Positions 8,204-17,947 of a stretch of 48,146 nucleotides of DNA are shown here, piece by piece. Under the pieces are notes generated by a model that ran no database searches, was not told the origin of the DNA, and worked only from the letters and a program-made list of their open reading frames with translations. The stretch's first letter is position 1, and each line of letters begins with the position of its first letter. The position numbers were made by a program, and so were the translations under genes. This stretch comes from an uncultured Anaerolineales bacterium (GTDB lineage Bacteria > Chloroflexota > Anaerolineae > 4572-78 > NAK82), in assembly GCA_964529945.1 (NCBI GenBank), contig CAZHBM010000001.1, positions 1-48,146 on the forward strand, read 5' to 3'.

Positions 8204-10024
8204 TCAGTATTTCAGTGCCACCTGGCCCACACGCTGGGACGGCACCATCCTGGCCCGGCGCGTGAGCAGGTCTGTCACCTGGACGATCTCGTTGTAGATC
8301 TCCGACGGACTGAAAGGCAGCCCCTGGTACTTGTTCAAAGAGATGATGTCTATCTTGTCGCGTACCAATTCGTGGGTATAGCGGTGTTCGACCACTCGGG
8401 CGAACTGCCCCAGCCAGTTGAGCTCAGGAATGATGATTGCCCGCCGGCCGCGAATGAAACGGCGGATGCGATTGTCCGGCATTGGAAAGAGCACCTTGGG
8501 GAACAAAGCCTCAACCTTGTAGCCATCAGCCTGGGCGCGTACCATAGCCTCCTTGACCGGGCCGAGGGTGCTTCCCCAGGCCATAATGCCGATGGCCGCA
8601 TCACGGTCGCCCCAGCGCTCGACCGCGTTTTCCAGCCGGAAAACCGCCTCGCGGGCAGCATCCACCTTGCGCCAGCGTTTGTCCATCATCGCCTCGTGCA
8701 CCTTGGGAGCGTGATCCGGCTTTCCCGTCTCATTGTGTTCCAGGCCGTCGGCCGTGTACTCGCCTCCCGCCATGCCCGGCACGGACATGGGAGAGACGCC
8801 ATTCTCCGTGATCCGGTAGCGCTTGAACTGGCCCTTTTTGCTCAGGTCGGCGATCAACCGCTCCGAGGTGAGAAGCTCGTGACTTCGGAAAGGATCGCGC
8901 CACGTTTCGACGCGCGGCGCCAGGGCCTGGTCGATGAGCACAATCGCCGGCATCTGGTAGGTCTCAGCCAGCCGGAATGCGTTGATCATCTGAAAAAAAC
9001 AGTCCTCAACCGAGCTGGGCGCCAACACGAAACGCGGCGGCTCGTCGTTGCCGGCGTAAAATGCCAGATACAGGTCGCCTTGAGAGGTCTTGGTCGGCAT
9101 GCCGGTCGATGGGCCGGCCCGCTGGACGTCCACCACGACGATCGGGATTTCGGCCATACTGGCCAGCCCAAGCGATTCGATCATCAACGCCAGACCGGGG
9201 CCTGAGGTGGAAGTCATCGCCGGCGCCCCGGCAAACGAGGCACCGATAATCATATTGATGGCCGCGATTTCGTCTTCGGCCTGGACCAGCGCCCCCCCCA
9301 CCCGGGGCAGTTCCTTTGCCAGGAACTCCATGATTTCTGTGGCCGGGGTGATCGGGTAGCCGGCAAAGAAGCGGCAACCGGCCGCCAGTGCGCCCATTGC
9401 CAGAGCCTGGTTGCCTGTCATCACCAGCTTGTCCTGCGGCGCATTCACGGGTGGCTCCAGATAGGCACACGGCCGGTGGACGAATTTCTGGCGCGCATAT
9501 TTGAAGCCCAACTCCAGCGCTTCCAGGTTTCGCGCCAACAGGTCGGGATAACGCCCCAGGCGCCGTTCCACGATCTCGCGCGCCCTCTCCAGAGTCAGGC
9601 CCAATAGCTGGACCAGGGCGCCGATCACGATCAGGTTGGCGCCCCTGATGAAGTCCATTTCGCTGGCCAATCGCGTGACCGGGACCGGGAACAGCGAGTG
9701 AAGGCCGTAACTGTGCACCGGCTGTACCCGCTCATCGTCGTAAATGAGCACGCCTTCCGAATCTAACGCCTCGATGTGGGCGTCGTAGCTCTCCTGGTTC
9801 AACGCCACCAACACGTTGATCCTGTCGCCTTGTGACAGAACCGGGCGATCCGCAATCCGGGCCTGGAAAATCACGTTTCCTCCCCGGATTTCGGACGGAT
9901 AGGTGCGGAAGGTGTATACCTCCAGGCCGGAATAGGCTGCAATGCGCACGAAAATCTCGCCGATTGTCACAATACCTTCACCGGATTCGCCCCCGATGCG
10001 TATCACGATGTCGTTCACAGCCAT
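8204..10024 (-). CDS. korA: 2-oxoacid:ferredoxin oxidoreductase, alpha (fused gamma/alpha) subunit
   Basis: It has an N-terminal GGESGEG gamma-like segment and a GYPITPATEI core. I moved the start to the ATG at 10024 (MAVNDIV...), 9 nt after AGGAG. The track start at 10051 contains that SD. Confidence 0.85.
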   Translation of the reverse strand: MAVNDIVIRIGGESGEGIVTIGEIFVRIAAYSGLEVYTFRTYPSEIRGGNVIFQARIADRPVLSQGDRINVLVALNQESYDAHIEALDSEGVLIYDDERVQPVHSYGLHSLFPVPVTRLASEMDFIRGANLIVIGALVQLLGLTLERAREIVERRLGRYPDLLARNLEALELGFKYARQKFVHRPCAYLEPPVNAPQDKLVMTGNQALAMGALAAGCRFFAGYPITPATEIMEFLAKELPRVGGALVQAEDEIAAINMIIGASFAGAPAMTSTSGPGLALMIESLGLASMAEIPIVVVDVQRAGPSTGMPTKTSQGDLYLAFYAGNDEPPRFVLAPSSVEDCFFQMINAFRLAETYQMPAIVLIDQALAPRVETWRDPFRSHELLTSERLIADLSKKGQFKRYRITENGVSPMSVPGMAGGEYTADGLEHNETGKPDHAPKVHEAMMDKRWRKVDAAREAVFRLENAVERWGDRDAAIGIMAWGSTLGPVKEAMVRAQADGYKVEALFPKVLFPMPDNRIRRFIRGRRAIIIPELNWLGQFARVVEHRYTHELVRDKIDIISLNKYQGLPFSPSEIYNEIVQVTDLLTRRARMVPSQRVGQVALKY

Positions 10025-10037
10025 AGTTTTCGTCTCC

Positions 10038-11768
10038 TTATGGATTTCCAACGCCCATTTCGCCCGATTCAGGCGCCTGCTGGCTGATCTGTGTGTTAAT
10101 ACGTGTTTTGGATGCCTTCAACCGGGCCAGGTGTTTCATCACAGTGTCTTGCCCGCGACCGAAGAAGTCGTGCAGGCGCACGTAGTCGGCGTACAATTGA
10201 TCGTAAACCATCGCCTGGGCAGGGTTGGGTTGGTAGACCCTGTCACTCAACCGCGCCATCACCGCAGCCGCGCTTTTTATGTCCGGATGTCCGCCACGTT
10301 CGGGCCCGGCAGCCACCGCCGCATGCATGGCCGACCCGAGCGCGGATACCTGGGACGAGGCCCCGATCTGGATCGGGTACTGGGTGACGTCGGCGAAGAT
10401 CTGCATCAGCAGTTGGTTCCGCTGCGGCAGGCCGCCCACCGCAATGATCTCGTCGATGGCCAGGCCGTTGTCCTTGAACGCGTCGACGATCAAGCGCGTG
10501 CCGAAAGCCAACGATTCCATCAATGCCCGGTAGATGGCCGGGGCCTGCGTGTCCAGCGTCAACCCCACCACCACGCCTTGCAGGTCGGCGTCTACCAGCA
10601 CGGAGCGGTTGCCGTTCAGCCAATCCAGAGCCAGCAGGCCGCTTTCACCCGGCGCCAACTGTTCCGCCTCGACCTCCAGCAAGTGGAACAGGTCGCTGCC
10701 TTCGGCCGCCGCCCGGTTGTGGTAGGCCGGCGGTACGGCGTGGGCCACGAACCAGCTCAGCGTGTCACCACCGCTGCACTGGCCGGCTTCGACGCCGTAG
10801 GTACCTGGCACCATCCCGTCCTCCAGGCAGCCGCACATGCCGTCGAAGCTCACCGGACAGTCACTGAGGGCGAGGTGGCAAATCGAAGTTCCCATCACCA
10901 TTACCAGGCGACCGGGTGTCGTAACCGTACTGGCCGGCACCGCCGCGTGGGCGTCGGCGTTGGCTACCGCCACAGCGATACCCGCCGGCAAGCCCACAGC
11001 AGCCGCCGCCTTATCGGTCAAAGCGCCGGCCCTGGCACCGAGAGGCAACACCCGCGGCACCATCTTCTCCTGCACTACGTTTCTCAACCGGGGATGGAGA
11101 GCCCCCAGAAATTCCGGCGAGGGAAAGCCGGTCTCAGGCGCCCACTGGGCCTTATACCCTGCCAGCCCCTGGGTGGTCGTACGCTCCCCCGAAAGCTGCC
11201 AGACCATCCAATCAGCGGCCTCGACAAAAACGTCGGTCGCCTCGTATACTTCAGGCGCCTCTTCCAGGATCTCCAACACTTTGCTGAAGAACCACTCGCT
11301 CGAGATGCGGCCGCCATAATCGACCAACCAGGGTTGGCCGCTGTCGGCAGCCAGTTGCGTGATGCGCTCCGCTTGAGGTTGGGCCGAATGGTGCTTCCAC
11401 AATTTGACCCACGCGTGAGGATTTTTTTCCCAGCGGGAGAGTAAACAAAGAGGGGTGCCGTCGGAAGAAACCGGCATGAGTGTACAGGTCGTGAAGTCCA
11501 GGCCCAGGCCGATCACATCAGCTGCATCGACGCCGCTCAACGCCAATGCGTCCGCAGTCGCCCGGGACCAACATAACAAATAGTCGTTTGGATGTTGCAG
11601 CGCCCAACCTGGCGGCAGAGGCTTACCACTTGCGGGCAAAATCCGGTCAATCACTCCGTGTGGGTAACGGCACACGGCCATGCCCAATTCCTGCCCATTG
11701 GACACGTCTACAACAACGGCTCTAACCGATTCTGTACCGAAATCCAGACCGATCGCGTATTTAGCCAA
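10038..11768 (-). CDS. araB: Ribulokinase (FGGY carbohydrate kinase)
   Basis: 576 aa with N-terminal IGLDFGTESVR, ISSEWFFSK, and LDWLNGNRSVLVD...GLTL. The end-to-end pattern resembles AraB. Confidence 0.8.
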   Translation of the reverse strand: MAKYAIGLDFGTESVRAVVVDVSNGQELGMAVCRYPHGVIDRILPASGKPLPPGWALQHPNDYLLCWSRATADALALSGVDAADVIGLGLDFTTCTLMPVSSDGTPLCLLSRWEKNPHAWVKLWKHHSAQPQAERITQLAADSGQPWLVDYGGRISSEWFFSKVLEILEEAPEVYEATDVFVEAADWMVWQLSGERTTTQGLAGYKAQWAPETGFPSPEFLGALHPRLRNVVQEKMVPRVLPLGARAGALTDKAAAAVGLPAGIAVAVANADAHAAVPASTVTTPGRLVMVMGTSICHLALSDCPVSFDGMCGCLEDGMVPGTYGVEAGQCSGGDTLSWFVAHAVPPAYHNRAAAEGSDLFHLLEVEAEQLAPGESGLLALDWLNGNRSVLVDADLQGVVVGLTLDTQAPAIYRALMESLAFGTRLIVDAFKDNGLAIDEIIAVGGLPQRNQLLMQIFADVTQYPIQIGASSQVSALGSAMHAAVAAGPERGGHPDIKSAAAVMARLSDRVYQPNPAQAMVYDQLYADYVRLHDFFGRGQDTVMKHLARLKASKTRINTQISQQAPESGEMGVGNP

Positions 11769-11820
11769 GAGATTGCCTCAGCCTATTTCTCGTCGCACGT
11801 TGCCTATCAGGGGCAGCCGA

Positions 11821-12931
11821 TCACGCCTCCTGACCCGCCGTCTGGCGCAAATAGGCCTCGATGAAGCCGTCCAGGCGACCATCGAGTACGGCCTCAGCAT
11901 TGCCCACTTCGTAGCCTGTGCGATGATCTTTGACCATCTTATATGGATGTAACACATAGGATCGGATCTGGTTACCCCAGCCGGCATCGACGTGCTCCCC
12001 CTTGAGCTTCGCCTGCTCTTCCTCTCGTTTTTGGCGCTCCAATTCATAGAGACGGCCGCGCAGGATGCGCAGCGCCATTTCACGGTTCTGGGCCTGTGAC
12101 CGCTCGTTTTGACAGGTTACCACAACACCGGTCGGCTCGTGGGTCAGGCGAATGGCGGTCGAGTTCTTTTGCACGTGTTGCCCGCCGGCGCCGGATGACT
12201 TGTAGACGTCAACCCGGATATCCTCGGGATTAAGATCGATGTCGATGTCCGTTTCGATGTCGGGCACGACCTCCACCAGGGCAAAGGACGTATGCCGGCG
12301 ATGGGCCGAGTCGAACGGCGACAGGCGGACCAGGCGGTGCACGCCTCGCTCGGTGCGCAGATAGCCGTACGCCCAAGACCCTTCGACCAAGATGGTCACG
12401 CTCTTCAACCCGGCTTCCTCACCCGGCATCGAATCGACCACCTGCGCCTTGTAGCCGCTGGCTTCGGCCCAGCGCAAGTACATGCGCAGCAGCATCTCGG
12501 TCCAGTCCTGGCTCTCTGTGCCGCCGGCTCCGGCGTGAATAGACAGCAACGCATCGTTGCGGTCGTATTTTCCCGACATCTGCAATCGAAACTCGAGCTT
12601 CTCCAGTTCGTTTTGGATGGCAGATACCTCGGCGGTCAGCTCGTCGCCAATGTTTTGATCCTCGTCGTCCTCTGCACCGGCCAGCGTGGCCAACTCGAGG
12701 GCATAGGAAATACGCTGGCTCAGCCCGTGCCAGGTGGCCAGCTCCTCGCGCAGGCCGGCCAACCGGCGCATTTGTGCCTGCGCCTGTTTCTGATCGTCCC
12801 AGAAATCCGGTACGGCCGATGCTTTTTCCAGCTCGGCGATGGTTCGTTCTTTTTTAGCCAGGTCAAAGATGCACCTGTATCTCATCGACCCGCTTGCGCA
12901 GGTCAGTCAGTCTGGTTACCAGTTCTTCCAT
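11821..12931 (-). CDS. prfB: Peptide chain release factor 2, made by a programmed +1 frameshift
   Basis: ORF0 runs from the ATG at 12931 as MEELVTRLTDLRKRVDEIQVHL and ends at an in-frame TGA (12865-12863). The site is CTT TGA C. Shifting +1 continues as DLAKKERTIAELEK... in the 354-aa track ORF, which contains the SPF and GGQ motifs. The joined product is 369 aa. Confidence 0.93.
12860..12880 (-). promoter_or_regulatory. prfB autoregulatory +1 frameshift site (SD-like AGGTG, 3 nt spacer, then CTT TGA C)
   Basis: The minus strand reads CAGGTGCATCTTTGACCTG. The slippery CTT is at 12868-12866 and the UGA at 12865-12863, followed by C. An internal SD-like AGGTG sits 3 nt upstream of CTT. Confidence 0.9.
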
Positions 12932-12956
12932 AAATATATCCTCGCATTATCGGGAT

Positions 12957-13886
12957 CTAGGCCGCCAACAGGCCGTCCACAAACGTTTCGGCGTCGAACT
13001 CGGCCAGGTCATCCATATCTTCTCCGGTACCGATAAAACGCACCGGCACGCCCAGCTCACGTGCAATGGCAAACACCACGCCGCCCTTGGCCGTCCCATC
13101 CAGTTTGGCCAGAACGACGCCGGTGATGCCTGCGCTTTCCTTGAAATGACGCGCCTGGCTGATGGCGTTCTGCCCGGTGGTCGCATCCAGAACCAGCAGC
13201 GTCTCGTGCGGCGCTTCGTGTACCTGCCGCGCTGCGATCGCCCGAATCTTCTCCAACTCTTTCATCAAGTTGAATTTGGTATGCAGGCGACCGGCCGTGT
13301 CGATGATGACCAAATCGGCCCCGCGGGCCTGGGCGCTTTTGATGGCATCGAAAACCACCGCTCCCGGATCCGCCCCGGGCTGGTGGGCGATCGTCGTCAC
13401 GCCCGCTCGTTCGCCCCACAGCTTCAACTGGTCGATGGCCGCCGCCCGGAAGGTATCCGCTGCCGCCAGTACAACTTTTTGTCCCTGCTTCTGATAATAG
13501 TTGGCCAATTTGGCAATGGTCGTCGTCTTGCCCGACCCATTGACGCCAACGACCAGCATGACGTCCAGCAACCGTTTCTTCCCCAACGCCGATTGCTGCC
13601 CGGCCTTGAGAAGACTCACCATCTCATCCCGGATGATCTGCTTGGCGTCGGTCGCTTTGGTAATGCCGGCGGCATTGACCCGGTTCTTGACCGCCGTGAC
13701 CAAAGCCAGGCTGGTCTCCACGCCCACGTCGGATTGGATCAACAGGTCTTCCAGGTCTTGCCACATTTCGTCGTCGACTTCGCCGACGCCAAACATATTC
13801 GAAATCTGGCCGAAGAACGAACTGCGCGTTCGTTCCAATCCCTGCCAGAGTTTGCCGCCTTTAAGTGCCACCTGGTTTACTCCCAT
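12957..13886 (-). CDS. ftsY: Signal recognition particle receptor FtsY (NG domain only)
   Basis: 309 aa with the SRP-GTPase motifs [15 protein letters not shown] and TKLDG-like [10 protein letters not shown]. There is no M domain, so this is not Ffh. Confidence 0.92.
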   Translation of the reverse strand: MGVNQVALKGGKLWQGLERTRSSFFGQISNMFGVGEVDDEMWQDLEDLLIQSDVGVETSLALVTAVKNRVNAAGITKATDAKQIIRDEMVSLLKAGQQSALGKKRLLDVMLVVGVNGSGKTTTIAKLANYYQKQGQKVVLAAADTFRAAAIDQLKLWGERAGVTTIAHQPGADPGAVVFDAIKSAQARGADLVIIDTAGRLHTKFNLMKELEKIRAIAARQVHEAPHETLLVLDATTGQNAISQARHFKESAGITGVVLAKLDGTAKGGVVFAIARELGVPVRFIGTGEDMDDLAEFDAETFVDGLLAA

Positions 13887-13911
13887 CTAAGCCACTGAAA
13901 TACAAACGTTT

Positions 13912-13940
13912 ATTATAGACGAACCCGTTTGCCATGCCAA
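13912..13940 (-). promoter_or_regulatory. Sigma70-type promoter TTGGCA-N17-TATAAT upstream of ftsY
   Basis: The minus strand reads TTGGCAtggcaaacgggttcgtcTATAAT. The -35 is at 13940-13935 and the -10 at 13917-13912. The ATG lies about 26 nt downstream of the -10. Confidence 0.6.
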
Positions 13941-13956
13941 AAAGCCGGCGCTTGCT

Positions 13957-15789
13957 TCACTGCACGACACGAAAATGATACAATCGCCCGCCGTCCACGT
14001 CGCGCGTATCCAGTAATTCTGCATGATTCTGCAAGAAATCCATAGCGGTCAACTCGGAAACAGAGTCGCTGCCGGGATCGCTGTCATACAGCCACCAGAC
14101 ACTGTGTTCAGAGGCTATCGCTTCCAGCAAGGTCCGCGTTTCATCCTCCACCCTGGCCGGCGGGGGTGCGTAGTCGTCCAGCATGTAAAAGGTCAACTGT
14201 TGCCGCAGGTAAGGATACAGCCAGTCGTAAGTGCGGTCATCGAAGCTGTCCAGCACCAGGACATCGCCGGTCTGTGATTCCGTTCTCAAGATGTCTATCG
14301 TCGCCCGGTAAGGAGACATCCGGTAACGGGCATCGAAATACCCGTTGACGAAAAAGATGCTTGCCGGTACGGCGCCGATGGTGACGATGGCGATCAATCC
14401 CACCAGCGCCCAGCGACGCAGCCGCACCACTGTAGAATTTACCCAATCCGGCCGGCCGACCAGAACAAACTCGACCGCCAGCATCACAAACACCACCGTC
14501 CGCAGGCCCACCGTCAGGACCAGCAGCCAATGCTCGTCCGGCACCATGGTAAAGAACACGTTGCCTTCGACCAAATTGGCCACGCTGACCAAAACGGCGT
14601 AGGCCGCGCCTCTGAGGGTCGGCAACAACATAGCCACAAAAACCAGTATCCAGCCCAGCCATTGCGGGCTGTAGCCCTTGGAGTAGAGCATGAAGATGGC
14701 AACCGTCACCCCTGCGAAGGCCGTCACCGCCCGCGGATTCGTCCACTCCCAGCGCCGGGTGTACAAGAAGCCGTACAACAAGGCGAATACCACGCTGATC
14801 CACATCCACGGAAGACTCGGCCCCGGCGTCCGGGTGGGTATCCACGCCAGATTGCGCATATCCAGCGGGGCAACGCCGTAGCCAAAGTCGCCTACCAGTA
14901 GGGCCCAAACCGTCTCCCACGGCCCGCGAACGCCGTTCATCAACAGTGAGCCCCACAGAATGCGTGAGTTCATCAGGTAAAAAGGCAGCCCGATAGCGAT
15001 TACCGTCGCCGCAAAAACACCCAGATAGGCCACCACGTGGCGCACGTCCAACACCAGGTTAAGCGCCGCCACCCGAATCTGCCACCGGCCGCCGTGCGGC
15101 GCTTCGTCGTCGCCGGCAAGCAGACTGCGCGACAGGCGCACGCCGATGGGCAAGATCACAATCGGAACCAGCTTGAACATGAAGCCGACGCCTGTCGTCA
15201 AAGCGCTCCACAAAGGCCGGCGCTCGATGAGCAGATACAGGCTGGCCAGGAAGAAGAAAATGGGGATGGCATCAAACCAGCCGGTCATCACATACACCGG
15301 CACGAACAGCACTGTGTAGAACCAGGCCGACCGCAACGCCCAGCGCCGGCCTGACGCCCGGTGGGCAATCAAAAAGACCATTGCCAGGTTGCCGGTTTCG
15401 AACAACAAAAAGCAGCCGCCTATCATCAACGAATACCACAGGTCGGGCGCCTCCCAGGGGGGTAACAGGCTGCTCAACCAGCCGACGGCAACCACAAGCC
15501 AGGCAAAAAGAGGCGGGTAGGGGAACCACAAATTCACGTACGGCTGGTACCCCTGCCGGGTTAAGAGGGCGTAATCCCGGTAATAGTAGAAGTCGGAGTA
15601 GTCGAGCACCAATCCGCCCGGCCGGTAAGCCAGCAAGGTCAGTACTCTAAAGGCCACAAAGAGTACCACGATCAGCAGAAATTCCCGGGAATATCTCCAG
15701 GGAAAAACAGCTTCCTCACCTGGGGTGAAAGATGTCGATTGGCCCGACTCAGTACAGGGAGTCAGTTGGTCCCGTGGCATTAAGCGCAA
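13957..15789 (-). CDS. Polytopic GT-C-like membrane glycosyltransferase (putative) with a soluble C-terminal domain
   Basis: 610 aa with more than 10 predicted TM helices and an early acidic loop, LDYSDFYYYRDY. The C-terminal domain of about 130 aa resembles that of the 45803-48088 product (..LLEAIASEHSVWWL.. versus ..LQTAIDRYARIWWL..). The family assignment is by architecture only. Confidence 0.55.
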   Translation of the reverse strand: MRLMPRDQLTPCTESGQSTSFTPGEEAVFPWRYSREFLLIVVLFVAFRVLTLLAYRPGGLVLDYSDFYYYRDYALLTRQGYQPYVNLWFPYPPLFAWLVVAVGWLSSLLPPWEAPDLWYSLMIGGCFLLFETGNLAMVFLIAHRASGRRWALRSAWFYTVLFVPVYVMTGWFDAIPIFFFLASLYLLIERRPLWSALTTGVGFMFKLVPIVILPIGVRLSRSLLAGDDEAPHGGRWQIRVAALNLVLDVRHVVAYLGVFAATVIAIGLPFYLMNSRILWGSLLMNGVRGPWETVWALLVGDFGYGVAPLDMRNLAWIPTRTPGPSLPWMWISVVFALLYGFLYTRRWEWTNPRAVTAFAGVTVAIFMLYSKGYSPQWLGWILVFVAMLLPTLRGAAYAVLVSVANLVEGNVFFTMVPDEHWLLVLTVGLRTVVFVMLAVEFVLVGRPDWVNSTVVRLRRWALVGLIAIVTIGAVPASIFFVNGYFDARYRMSPYRATIDILRTESQTGDVLVLDSFDDRTYDWLYPYLRQQLTFYMLDDYAPPPARVEDETRTLLEAIASEHSVWWLYDSDPGSDSVSELTAMDFLQNHAELLDTRDVDGGRLYHFRVVQ

Positions 15790-15844
15790 GTCCCTAAATC
15801 CCTAAAGAACCGGTTACAGACGACCATCAGAAACATACCGCCGG

Positions 15845-16813
15845 TCACAGTTCCGGTTGAATACCCAGAATCTCTTGCTGGTACCAGGCCCACATTTGAG
15901 CCAAACCGGTCTCGACCGGTGTCTGTGGGTCGTAATCCAGCAACTTGCGCGCCTTGCTGATGTCGGCGAAGGTTATCTTCGGCTCACTCGGCGGCGCCGG
16001 CGGCGTGGACAGAATCGCCTCTTTGCCGACCAAGCCTTCTATAATGTGCACGAAATCGGCCATAAGGACCGGTTCGCCGCGCCCCAGGTTAAAGATCTGG
16101 TAGCCCATCGGCCGGTCAACGGCGGCGACCACGCCGGCGGCAATGTCATTGACGTAGGTCCAGTCGCGTTTCATGTCCCCGGCGTCAAAGAGCTGGATCT
16201 CTTTCTCCTTGACGATACGATCCATCACCATAAACGGCATCATGTCCGGCCGTCCGCGCGGACCGTAGACGCTGAAGAAGCGCAGGGCGGTAAAATTGAG
16301 CCTGTGCAATTGGTAATAGGTGAATCCCATCACCTCGCCGGCCTTTTTGGTGGCCGGGTAAGGCGCCAGTGGAAAGTTGCACGCGTCCGTCTCCACAAAG
16401 GGAATACGGTCTGCGTGCCCGTAGGCCGAGGAGGTCGAGGCGAAGACGAAGCTGGGCGTGCCGCTCTCCCGGACAGCTTCCAGCAGATTGACCGTGCCGT
16501 TAAAATTCACCTCCGTGTACAGTAAGGCCCGCCCAATCGAGTAACGGACTCCCCCCATCGCCGCTAAATGAACGACCGAATCCGGCCTGAAGTCCGCGAC
16601 CAACTCCCGCAAAGCACCGATGTCGCGAATGTCCAGTTCGTAGAAGGACAGGTTCGGGTGGGCGCTGTAAGCACCCAGGTTGGCCCGTTTGCGCGCCGGG
16701 TCGTAGTAGTCGTTAAAATTATCCAGGCCGACCACCTCATCACCACGCCCGAGAAGCGTTTCGGCCACGTGGCTGCCGATGAAGCCGGCTGCACCGGTCA
16801 CCAGTACTCGCAC
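15845..16813 (-). CDS. NAD-dependent nucleotide-sugar epimerase (UDP-glucuronate 4-epimerase-like SDR)
   Basis: It carries the Rossmann motif VTGAAGFIGSH, the NFNDYYD segment and the YxxxK motif (YPATKKAGE). I prefer the GTG at 16813 (MRVLVTGAAG...), 6 nt after GAGGTG. The track start is 16822. Confidence 0.85.
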   Translation of the reverse strand: MRVLVTGAAGFIGSHVAETLLGRGDEVVGLDNFNDYYDPARKRANLGAYSAHPNLSFYELDIRDIGALRELVADFRPDSVVHLAAMGGVRYSIGRALLYTEVNFNGTVNLLEAVRESGTPSFVFASTSSAYGHADRIPFVETDACNFPLAPYPATKKAGEVMGFTYYQLHRLNFTALRFFSVYGPRGRPDMMPFMVMDRIVKEKEIQLFDAGDMKRDWTYVNDIAAGVVAAVDRPMGYQIFNLGRGEPVLMADFVHIIEGLVGKEAILSTPPAPPSEPKITFADISKARKLLDYDPQTPVETGLAQMWAWYQQEILGIQPEL

Positions 16814-16848
16814 GATTGACACCTCTGTGTAACTGACTTACTGCCAGG

Positions 16849-16877
16849 ATGATACACGATGCCGGGCCGTTGGGCAA
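16849..16877 (-). promoter_or_regulatory. Sigma70-type promoter TTGCCC-N17-TATCAT upstream of the epimerase gene
   Basis: The minus strand reads TTGCCCaacggcccggcatcgtgTATCAT. The -35 is at 16877-16872 and the -10 at 16854-16849. Confidence 0.45.
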
Positions 16878-16903
16878 AGCACGGCTGCGCTGCCGGGCGG
16901 CGG

Positions 16904-17914
16904 TCAGCCCATGTCTGTCGTCAGGATGCCTCGTGCCCCGGCCTGGCGCAGCGCCGCCGACACCGGCTCAATCGTCTGCGTCTCCACCAGGGCCACCATA
17001 CTGCCTCCCCAGCCGGCGCCCGACATCTTGGCCCCCAGCGCGCCGGCGTCGACCGCTGTCTGTACCAACCGGTCCAACATCGGGGACGAAACGCCCATCT
17101 CGACCAGTCGCCGGTGGTTCTGATTCATCAGTCGCCCAATGACCGCCAGGTCGCCACTCTCCAGGCACCGACGCGCCGCGTTCACCAGCTCGCCCACTGC
17201 GGCAAACAGCGCCCCATAGCGCTCCGGCTGCGACCGGTAACGCTCCCGGACGTAGCCGACCACCTCTTTCGTCGGCCGGGCCGGGCCGGCGTCGCCAATG
17301 ACCAGGCTCAAACGCCGGCCCAGACAGAGCAACACCGGCGGCTGCCCGCGGACGAAAAAAACCGGCTGCTCGAAGGCGATGACCGTATTGTCAATGCCGC
17401 TCGGCGTGCCGTGGTGCAGCTTCTCAACCTCGTAGACGATGTCGGACACCTGCTGGGAGTCGGGGTCGAAGCCGGCAAAGGCAGCCAGCGCCCTGACCAC
17501 CGCCGTGGCCACCGCCGCTCCGCTGCCCAATCCGCGCCCAATCGGGATCGAAGACGTGACCGTAATGCTAAAATCGAGGGGAGACGTTTGGCCAAAGGCA
17601 GCCAGCGACAGTTCAATTGAACGTCGCAATGGATCGTCGGGCTCGGCGTCCTCCAAAAAATAGCTGTAGCCCACCCGGTCTGTATTTGGTCCCGGCAGGT
17701 CCGCCGCCACGATTTGGATACCGCTGCCCGGCGGCCGGGCCTGGATGGCAGCCTGCGCCCGGACCTGCATCAGTGGGACGGCGATTGCCGGCTGCCCGTA
17801 CACCACCGCGTGCTCGCCGAACAAGATAGCCTTGCCGGGCGCGTCACCGCTGGCGTGCCTGGCCGCTGCCCCATTGTCGGACCCTGGCGGGTAAGAATCT
17901 ACAGCTTTCGTCAT
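16904..17914 (-). CDS. mvk: Mevalonate kinase (GHMP kinase)
   Basis: The motifs are GKAILFGEHAVVYG, the GHMP motif II PIGRGLGSGAAVATA and motif III SGAGWGGS. I moved the start to the ATG at 17914 (MTKAVDS...), 6 nt after GGAG. The track GTG at 17965 lies inside a perfect hairpin. Confidence 0.85.
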   Translation of the reverse strand: MTKAVDSYPPGSDNGAAARHASGDAPGKAILFGEHAVVYGQPAIAVPLMQVRAQAAIQARPPGSGIQIVAADLPGPNTDRVGYSYFLEDAEPDDPLRRSIELSLAAFGQTSPLDFSITVTSSIPIGRGLGSGAAVATAVVRALAAFAGFDPDSQQVSDIVYEVEKLHHGTPSGIDNTVIAFEQPVFFVRGQPPVLLCLGRRLSLVIGDAGPARPTKEVVGYVRERYRSQPERYGALFAAVGELVNAARRCLESGDLAVIGRLMNQNHRRLVEMGVSSPMLDRLVQTAVDAGALGAKMSGAGWGGSMVALVETQTIEPVSAALRQAGARGILTTDMG

Positions 17915-17947
17915 CGTCGACTCCGCACCAGCCTCTCCACTTGCACG

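Noticed and set aside
13887-13956. An intrinsic terminator after the 610-aa glycosyltransferase gene (AAGC-gccg-GCTT followed by TTTTT on the minus strand).
   Set aside because: The stem is only 4 bp, which is too weak to call. The region is better explained by the ftsY promoter it overlaps.
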